A stretch of 32,608 nucleotides of DNA from Planctomycetota bacterium (GTDB lineage Bacteria; Planctomycetota; Phycisphaerae; Phycisphaerales; Phycisphaeraceae). The notes under the pieces are model-generated. The model saw only the letters and a program-made list of their open reading frames with translations, was not told where the DNA came from and searched no databases. Shown one piece after another: positions 23,496 through 29,838 of this stretch. The position numbers and the translations under genes are program-made. Location: the NCBI GenBank assembly GCA_039191195.1, contig JBCCXV010000001.1:1-32608 (forward strand), read 5' to 3'. The number at the start of each line of letters is the position of its first letter. The stretch's first letter is position 1.

Positions 23496-24377
23496 ATGAG
23501 CCTGGTGCCCTCCAAGCCCGAACTCGCCGACCTCTTGGCCCGCGAGGCCGAGCACTTCGACGAGCACTACGCCCATGAGGCCGCCGCCGGCGTCGAACCG
23601 CTTTCGGCCCACGACCGCGCCCGCTATACGGCCCCGCCCGCCAACACGATCTACCCGCGCGAGGACTACCACCGCCGGCTCGCCCCGGCGCCGGGCAAAC
23701 GCGTCCTCGAGATCGCCTGCGGCAACGGGATCGACGCCTCCATCCTCGCCCACAACGGCGCCGAGGTCTTCGCCTACGACCTTTCGGCCGAGTCGGTCGC
23801 CCTCACCCGCAAGCGGGCCCAAGTCAACGGCGTGGCCGATCGGGTCCACTCCACCCAGGCCAGCGATCTCGACGAGGCCTTCGCCGACGAGCCGCCCTTC
23901 GACCACGTCGTCGGATACGCCGCCCTGCACCACCTGCCCGACATGCTCGCGCTGGCCCGCCAAGCGGCCCGGCGTGTGAAGCCCGGCGGGTCGGTCGTCT
24001 TCGCCGAGCCGGTGGTCAACTCACAGGCCCTGCTCTGGCTCCGCAACCGGGTGCCGCTACGGATCGACCCGGCGACCGACGACGAAACCCCGCTCACCGA
24101 ACGAGACGTCCGCGCCTTCGCAAACGCGTTCTCCCTGGCCTGCCACGCCTCCCCCGATTCCGGGGACTACGCGGATTCCGGAGATGCCGGGGATTCCGGG
24201 GGCGAGGCCCGTTACTTCCAGATCACCAGCCGTATCTGGCGGTTCTGGCCCGACCGGCCGAGGCTCTGCGCGGCGCTTCACCGGGCCGACGCCTGGCTGC
24301 AACGGCTGTGTCCCCCCGCCTGGCGGTTGGCGACGGTGTGCGTCTTCGAGTGCACCAAACCGGCCCCCGGAAAGTAG
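23496..24377 (+). CDS. Class I SAM-dependent methyltransferase.
   Basis: In frame with ORF 23238..24377, ATG at 23496. Motif I is RVLEIACGNGIDASILAHNGAEVFAYDLS. The post-I/II region is HVVGYAALHHL...VKPGGSVVFAEP. Confidence 0.8.
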   Translation: MSLVPSKPELADLLAREAEHFDEHYAHEAAAGVEPLSAHDRARYTAPPANTIYPREDYHRRLAPAPGKRVLEIACGNGIDASILAHNGAEVFAYDLSAESVALTRKRAQVNGVADRVHSTQASDLDEAFADEPPFDHVVGYAALHHLPDMLALARQAARRVKPGGSVVFAEPVVNSQALLWLRNRVPLRIDPATDDETPLTERDVRAFANAFSLACHASPDSGDYADSGDAGDSGGEARYFQITSRIWRFWPDRPRLCAALHRADAWLQRLCPPAWRLATVCVFECTKPAPGK

Positions 24378-24491
24378 AGCCGGCAGGGAAGGTCGGACGG
24401 GGTGAGACCCTCGCGGACGGCCCCCGCCGGTCATCGCCCTGCCCCTGATATGCTCTCCGACCCGCCGGTACACACAAACCCCGTCGGCGAC

Positions 24492-24564
24492 GCCACCGTA
24501 GCTCAGTTGGTAGAGCAGAGCTTTCGTAAAGCTCAGGTCGCTGGTTCGAGTCCAGTCGGTGGCT
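24492..24564 (+). tRNA. tRNA-Thr (CGU).
   Basis: GCCACCGTAGCTCAGTTGGTAGAGCAGAGCTTTCGTAAAGCTCAGGTCGCTGGTTCGAGTCCAGTCGGTGGCT folds as a cloverleaf with anticodon loop TTCGTAA. Confidence 0.95.
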
Positions 24565-24566
24565 TT

Positions 24567-24706
24567 GTCAGCAGTCAGCCAATAGCCGTCAGCAATCCGC
24601 CAGACCGCGGTCGGCCCGCGCTTGTCGGCGACGACCGGCCGCAGGAATCTGGCTGATCTCCCAGTGCTGACCGCTGAAACCCGATCGCTGAAAGCGGTAC
24701 GCTGAC
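24567..24706. repeat. tRNA spacer with GTCAGC x3 followed by the inverted GCTGA(C) x5, spaced at multiples of 7 bp.
   Basis: GTCAGC occurs at 24567, 24574 and 24588. GCTGA occurs at 24652, 24666, 24673, 24687 and 24701. Confidence 0.6.
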
Positions 24707-24717
24707 GACGCCGCACC

Positions 24718-24790
24718 GCCACCTTAGCTCAGCTGGTAGAGCAGCGGTTTTGTAAACCGCAGGTCGCCGGTTCGATCCCGGCAGGTGGCT
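24718..24790 (+). tRNA. tRNA-Thr (UGU).
   Basis: GCCACCTTAGCTCAGCTGGTAGAGCAGCGGTTTTGTAAACCGCAGGTCGCCGGTTCGATCCCGGCAGGTGGCT folds as a cloverleaf with anticodon loop TTTGTAA. Confidence 0.95.
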
Positions 24791-24861
24791 TTCACCGCCA
24801 ATACGCCCGCCCGGCCCTCGTCGCAACCCACCGGGGTCACCCAGCGGCGCTATCGTCGGCG

Positions 24862-25563
24862 ATGCCCCTCTCTACATCCTTCTTTGCGTCGCGGCGCCAG
24901 ACTCCCCGCGGCTTGGCCCTCTTGCTGACCGCAGCGCTATTCCCGCCCGCCTGCGCGCCCTCCGGAGGGCCATCCCAGACGGCTACGGAAACCGGTACGG
25001 CTGCCGAGCCCAACGACACGCCGCCCCCCACGCAAGCGTTGGCTTCCACCCACACGCGCCTCACCGACTTCGACAACCCCGCCTCCAACGCCGGCTGGCG
25101 CATGGTCAACGACGACGTCATGGGCGGCCGGTCTCTGGGGGATGTGTCCTTTGCCGACGGCGTGATGGCCTTCTACGGCTCGATCAACACCAACGGCGGC
25201 GGGTTCTCCTCGGTGCGCTTCGACCTCGAGCCCGGCGCCCTCGCGGGCGCCAGCACGATCCAGCTACGGGTCCGCGCCGACACGCGCGGGCCGTACCGCC
25301 TGATGGTGAGCGACGACTTGCCGACCCGGCAGCGGCGCATCTCCCACCAGCACAACCTCGAGCTCGACCCGGCGACGCCCCCGCGCGACTGGCAGACCGT
25401 CGCCATCGACCTGTCCGACCTCACCCCGAGCTGGCGGGGCAACCGGGTGCGGGCGGCACCGCTGGACCCCACGCGAGCCGTCGAACTGGGCCTGATCCTC
25501 GGGGACGGCCGGGACGGGCCGTTCCGGCTGGAGATCGACTGGATCGACATCGTCCGGCCGTGA
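24862..25563 (+). CDS. CIA30-family (complex I intermediate-associated protein 30-like) secreted protein or lipoprotein.
   Basis: Contains WRMVNDDVMGGRSLG...FYGSINTNGGGFSSVR...WQTV.IDLSDL...R, the CIA30 hallmark. The N-terminus LALLLTAALFPPAC is signal-like. Confidence 0.8.
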   Translation: MPLSTSFFASRRQTPRGLALLLTAALFPPACAPSGGPSQTATETGTAAEPNDTPPPTQALASTHTRLTDFDNPASNAGWRMVNDDVMGGRSLGDVSFADGVMAFYGSINTNGGGFSSVRFDLEPGALAGASTIQLRVRADTRGPYRLMVSDDLPTRQRRISHQHNLELDPATPPRDWQTVAIDLSDLTPSWRGNRVRAAPLDPTRAVELGLILGDGRDGPFRLEIDWIDIVRP

Positions 25564-25707
25564 CCGGCGCCCGCGGCGGCGTGACCGGCCCATCCGTCCC
25601 GCCCGGCCGGCTATTGGCGCCGGGCCGCGGCCGGTCTATGCTGCCGGGTTCGGCCCGCCCCCAGCGCGAGCCGGGCCCCCACCGATCCCGCATTGGAGCT
25701 TGCCCCG

Positions 25708-26628
25708 ATGGTCGATCTCGACTCCCTGTCGGTCCGCGACGAAGCCACCTCCCGCGCCAAGTACGAAGCCGGCCTCGCCGCCGAAGAAGCCGGCGACCGC
25801 CTCGCCGCGATCGAGGCCTACGAGGCCGCCTACGCCGCCGACCCCGAGAGCGAGACCGTCTGCTTCCGGCTGGCCTACAACCTCGACCTCGTCGGCGAGG
25901 AAGACGAGGCCATCCACCTCTACGAAGAGTGCGTCCGGGCCGAGCACCCCAAGCTCAACGCCCTGCTCAACCTCGCCGTGCTCTACGAGGACCGCGGCAA
26001 GTACGCCCTGGCCGAGCGCTGCGTCCGGCAGGTCCTAGCCACCAAGCCCAACCACCCGCGCGCACGCCTGTTCATCAAGGACATCCTCGAGTCCCGCGGG
26101 ATGCTCATCGACGACGAGCAGGAGAAGAAGCTCGAGCAGCGCAACGCCCTGCTCGATACGCCCGTCACCGACTTCGAGCTCTCGGTCCGCACCCGCAACG
26201 CCCTGCGCAAGATGAGCATCCGAACCCTCGGCGACCTGCTGAAGGTGACCGAGGCCGAGCTGCGCAGCTTCAAGAACTTCGGCGAAGCCTCGCTCGAAGA
26301 GATCAAGACGATGCTCGCCCAACGCGGCCTGCGTTTGGGCCAGGCCGTCGAGACCCGCCAGGCCGAGGTGAAGCAGGCCGTCTACGACCAGCTCGCCAGC
26401 GAGCTCGGCGGCGACACCGAGATCCTCGGCCGGCCCGTCGGTGACCTCGACCTGTCGGTCCGCGCCCGCAAGGCCCTGGCCCTGCTCAACGTCACCACCA
26501 TCGGCGACCTGTGCATGAAGACGGAGGCCGAGCTCATGGGCGTCAAGAACTTCGGCATGACCTCGCTGGTCGAGATCAAAGAGAAGCTGACCGAGGCCGG
26601 CCTGGCCCTGCGCCAGCTCGAAGCCTGA
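25708..26628 (+). CDS. TPR-repeat protein with two tandem RNA polymerase alpha-subunit C-terminal-domain (alpha-CTD, HhH) modules.
   Basis: The N-terminus has TPR-like helices (AIEAYEAAYAADPES...LAVLYEDRGKYALAERCVRQVLATKPNHPRA). Then come LLDTPVTDFELSVRTRNALRKMSIRTLGDLLKVTEAELRSFKNFGEASLEEIKTMLAQRGLRLG and ILGRPVGDLDLSVRARKALALLNVTTIGDLCMKTEAELMGVKNFGMTSLVEIKEKLTEAGLAL. Both are collinear with E. coli RpoA 250-320 (LLRPVDDLELTVRSANCLK...[37 protein letters not shown]). ATG at 25708 is preferred over TTG at 25693. Confidence 0.8.
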   Translation: MVDLDSLSVRDEATSRAKYEAGLAAEEAGDRLAAIEAYEAAYAADPESETVCFRLAYNLDLVGEEDEAIHLYEECVRAEHPKLNALLNLAVLYEDRGKYALAERCVRQVLATKPNHPRARLFIKDILESRGMLIDDEQEKKLEQRNALLDTPVTDFELSVRTRNALRKMSIRTLGDLLKVTEAELRSFKNFGEASLEEIKTMLAQRGLRLGQAVETRQAEVKQAVYDQLASELGGDTEILGRPVGDLDLSVRARKALALLNVTTIGDLCMKTEAELMGVKNFGMTSLVEIKEKLTEAGLALRQLEA

Positions 26629-26636
26629 TCCCACCC

Positions 26637-26703
26637 CCGGTATAGCCCCGGAGTACCCCCGGAGTAAGCCCGGAATCTCCCCGGATTAGCCCCGGACTCC
26701 CGG
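26637..26703 (+). repeat. Array C: six exact 11-bp tandem repeats with consensus CCGGAnTAnCC.
   Basis: CCGG occurs at 26637, 26648, 26659, 26670, 26681 and 26692, with a further copy at 26700. The units are CCGGTATAGCC / CCGGAGTACCC / CCGGAGTAAGC / CCGGAATCTCC / CCGGATTAGCC / CCGGACTC. Confidence 0.85.
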
Positions 26704-26758
26704 GACCTGCGGTGGGCAGCCGCCGACCCCCTCTCCATCGCGGTACCCTCGGGCCCGC

Positions 26759-28126
26759 ATGCCCACCGACCGCCCCATCCACGTGCTGGTGGTCGCCGAG
26801 GCGGCCAACCCCGAGTTCGTGAGCGTGCCGCTGGTCGGCTGGTCGCACGCCGAAGCCTTGGCCCGCCACCCCGACGTCGAGGCGCACCTGGTCACCCAGG
26901 TGCGCAACCGCGAGGCTATCGACCGCTTCGGCTGGGCCGAGGGCCGGCAGTACACCGCCATCGACTCCGAGGCCGTCGCGGCGCCCCTGTTTAAGGCCGC
27001 GTCGCTGCTGCGCGGCGGCGCTGGCAAGGGCTGGACCACCGTCGCGGCCATCACCACGGTCTCTTACTACTACTTCGAGCGCCTGCTCTGGAAACGCTTC
27101 GGCGCCGACCTGCGGGCAGGCAAGTACGACCTGGTCCACCGCATCACCCCGCTGAGCCCCACCACGCCCAGCCTGCTGGCGAAGAAAGTGCGCAAGACGG
27201 CGGTTCCGTTCGTCGTCGGCCCGCTCAACGGCGGGGTGCCCTGGCCCAAGGCCTTCGACGCCGCCCGACGCAAAGAGCGCGAGTGGCTCAGCTACGTCCG
27301 CGGCGCCTACAAGCTGTTGCCCGGCGCCACGGCGACCCTCAAACACGCCTCGGCGCTGGTCATCGGCTCCCGCGACACCTGGAAGCTCACGCCCGAGCGC
27401 TTCCACGACAAGTGCGTGTACCTGCCCGAGAACGCCATCGACCCCGCCCGGTTCGACCTCGACGCGCCCCAGCGCCCGCCGGCGGAGACGCCGATCCGCA
27501 TCGGCTTCGTCGGGCGGCTGGTGCCCTACAAGGGCGCCGACATGCTCCTCGAGGCCGCCGCACCCCTGATACGCGACGGCAAAGCGACGGTCCGCATCCT
27601 CGGCGACGGGCCCGAGCTGTCGCGGCTTAAAGAGATCGTCGCGCAAGAGAACCTAGGCGACGGCGTCGAACTGCCGGGCTGGGTCGACCACAAGGACGTC
27701 GGCCGGCTCCTGGGCGAGTGCGACGTGCTGGGATTCCCCAGCATCCGAGAATTTGGGGGCGGCGTCGTACTCGAAGCCATGGCCGCGGGGCTGGCGCCGG
27801 TGATCGTCGATTACGCCGGCCCGGCCGAACTCGTGACGCCCGCGACCGGGATCGCGATCCCCATCGGCGACCGGGCCTCCATCGTCGCCGGCTTCCGCGC
27901 GGCGCTTTCCAGGCTCGCCGACGATCCCGCCCAGATCCGGCCCATGGCCGACCGCGCCCGCCGGCGGGTCGCGGCGCTCTACACCTGGGACGCCAAGGCG
28001 CGCCAATCGCTCGAGGTCTACCGCTGGGTCCTCGGCCAAGGCCCCAAGCCCGACAACGCCGCCCCGCTGCCCGACCCCGACTTCGCCCGCGTCGACACCG
28101 GCCCCGCCGAAGCCGGCCCGGCGTGA
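26759..28126 (+). CDS. Family 4 (GT-B, group 1) glycosyltransferase.
   Basis: The 455-aa ORF contains VGRLVPYKGADMLLEA...ILGDGPE...GFPSIREFGGGVVLEAMAAGLAPVIVDYAGPAELV, the E-x7-E-type GT4 signature. Confidence 0.85.
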   Translation: MPTDRPIHVLVVAEAANPEFVSVPLVGWSHAEALARHPDVEAHLVTQVRNREAIDRFGWAEGRQYTAIDSEAVAAPLFKAASLLRGGAGKGWTTVAAITTVSYYYFERLLWKRFGADLRAGKYDLVHRITPLSPTTPSLLAKKVRKTAVPFVVGPLNGGVPWPKAFDAARRKEREWLSYVRGAYKLLPGATATLKHASALVIGSRDTWKLTPERFHDKCVYLPENAIDPARFDLDAPQRPPAETPIRIGFVGRLVPYKGADMLLEAAAPLIRDGKATVRILGDGPELSRLKEIVAQENLGDGVELPGWVDHKDVGRLLGECDVLGFPSIREFGGGVVLEAMAAGLAPVIVDYAGPAELVTPATGIAIPIGDRASIVAGFRAALSRLADDPAQIRPMADRARRRVAALYTWDAKARQSLEVYRWVLGQGPKPDNAAPLPDPDFARVDTGPAEAGPA

Positions 28127-28665
28127 CGCCGCCCAACCCCGCACCCAAAGGCGACCCCCCCGACTGGCCCCTAGTCGAGCGCCAGGCCGTGCGCGCCGTG
28201 ATCTTGGACCCGCAGAACCGGGTGCTCCTGCTCCGCTGCGCCGCCGGCGACGGCGGGCCCCCGTTCTGGATCACCCCCGGCGGCGGGATCGACCCCGGCG
28301 AGTCCGAAGACGAAACCCTCATACGCGAGCTGCGCGAAGAGCTGGGCTGGTCGCTCGACCCCACCAACCTCGGCCCCTGCATCTGGACGCGCACCCACAC
28401 CTTCCCCTGGCCGCCCAAGGGCGTACGGCTCAAGCAGCACGAGCGCTACCGGCTGTGCCGCCCGACCGATGCGCAACCCGTGCTCGAACACCACCGCACG
28501 CCCGACGAGGTGCAGGTCCTGTCAGGCCACCGCTGGTGGTCGGCCGACGACATCGAGCGCGCCAGCTCCGAGGGCGAGCGCTTCGCGCCCCGCGCCTTCG
28601 GTCAACAGCTGCGCGTGCTCATCTCGCGCGGCCCGCCTGCACGGCCGATCGACGTGGGCGTCTGA
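28123..28665 (+). CDS. NUDIX hydrolase.
   Basis: In frame with ORF 27718..28665. The GTG at 28123 overlaps the GT4 stop (GTGA). The Nudix box is GGGIDPGESEDETLIRELREELG. Confidence 0.9.
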   Translation: MTPPNPAPKGDPPDWPLVERQAVRAVILDPQNRVLLLRCAAGDGGPPFWITPGGGIDPGESEDETLIRELREELGWSLDPTNLGPCIWTRTHTFPWPPKGVRLKQHERYRLCRPTDAQPVLEHHRTPDEVQVLSGHRWWSADDIERASSEGERFAPRAFGQQLRVLISRGPPARPIDVGV

Positions 28666-28704
28666 TCAGGCGCGGCAGGTGTCGCTCAAACCCGCCGGTA
28701 CGCC

Positions 28705-29760
28705 TTAGTCGTGGTCGTGGCCTTCGTGGTCGTGATGGTCATGACCGCCGTGGTCGTGATCTTCCTCACCGTGCTCGTGGTCTTCCTCGCCGTGCTCGTG
28801 ATCGCCGTGGTCGTGATCGGCAGACTCGTCTTCGTCGGCGAAGTAGGTTTCCAGGATCTGCATCACCATCTGGCCGTTCTCCGACTCCGGCGCCAAAGCG
28901 CGGGCCTCTAGCAGCAGCGCCTTCGCGGCCGTCTTGTCGCCCATGCTGAACAGCACGTTCGACTTCACCATCAGCAGCTCCTGCCGCGCCTCGCCCTGCA
29001 ACAGCGGGCCTTCAAGGGCCGCCTCGACGATCTCAAGCGCATCTTCCGGCGTGCGGGCGCTACGCAAGTCTTCTTCGACCTGCGCCCGCGCATGCGCGGC
29101 CAACGGCTTGGCGGTCCACTGCTCGTCCAAGTCCGACTCGCCCTGCTTCGCGGCCTCGATGAGCGCTTCGACCTCGTCCATGTAGAACGCCAGCGCCAGC
29201 TCGTCGCCCACGAACGACAACGCCGTGTGCAGCGCCTCGGCCTTGGCGACGCCCTCGAGGGTTGCGGCTTCGGCCAACGCCGCGTCGCGCTCCGCCCGGG
29301 ACTCCGCAGCCTCGGTCAGCCGTGTGAGATACGCCTCGGCCTCCTGCCCGCCGTACCCCACGTCGCGGAAGTACGGCCGGCCCTGGGCGTCGGCCAAGAT
29401 GATGGTGGGATACCCCGACACGTCGTACTCGCCCTGCAAACGTTCGTTCTGAGCCTTCACCTCGGGCGTCTGGGGCTTGCTGCTCGGGAAGTCGAGCTTC
29501 ACCAGCACGAAAGACTCGGGCGCCGCGGCCAAGAAGGCATCGGATTGGAATACCGTCTCATCGAGCTGAATACACGGGCCGCACCAGTCGCTGCCGGTGA
29601 AGTCCAACAGCAGGTCCTTGCCCTCCGACTCCGCTTCTTGCACGGCCGCGGCGAAGTCGGTCGTCCACGGGCCCTCGGCGGCCCAAGCCGGCCCGGCCGA
29701 AAACGCCATCGCGAGACACGCGGCAAAACCCAAGCGGAAACGGCGGAGCGCAAGCGGCAT
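28705..29760 (-). CDS. Secreted thioredoxin-fold protein (CGPC active site) with a helical/TPR-like C-terminal half and a His/Asp/Glu-rich tail.
   Basis: The signal peptide is MPLALRRFRLGFAACLAMAFSAGPAWA. The thioredoxin-type motif is LLLDFTGSDWCGPCIQLD...GYPTIIL. The tail is DHDHGDHEHGEEDHEHGEEDHDHGGHDHHDHEGHDHD. Confidence 0.8.
   Translation of the reverse strand: MPLALRRFRLGFAACLAMAFSAGPAWAAEGPWTTDFAAAVQEAESEGKDLLLDFTGSDWCGPCIQLDETVFQSDAFLAAAPESFVLVKLDFPSSKPQTPEVKAQNERLQGEYDVSGYPTIILADAQGRPYFRDVGYGGQEAEAYLTRLTEAAESRAERDAALAEAATLEGVAKAEALHTALSFVGDELALAFYMDEVEALIEAAKQGESDLDEQWTAKPLAAHARAQVEEDLRSARTPEDALEIVEAALEGPLLQGEARQELLMVKSNVLFSMGDKTAAKALLLEARALAPESENGQMVMQILETYFADEDESADHDHGDHEHGEEDHEHGEEDHDHGGHDHHDHEGHDHD
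28761..28802. repeat. 21-bp tandem duplication within the His-rich tail coding region.
   Basis: cttcctcaccgtgctcgtggt (28761-28781) is followed by cttcctcgccgtgctcgtgat (28782-28802). Together they encode the two HEHGEED units. Confidence 0.8.
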
Positions 29761-29838
29761 GGAGTGGCCTTTCGATACGAGAAAAAACCGGGTTCCGGAA
29801 GCACGGGGGCCGAGGCCCGACCCGAGCCTACCCGGGGT

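Noticed and set aside
26637-26703. Possible CRISPR array.
   Set aside because: The units are only 11 bp with no spacers of unique sequence. CRISPR repeats are about 24-48 bp and are separated by spacers of similar size. No cas genes are present in the window.
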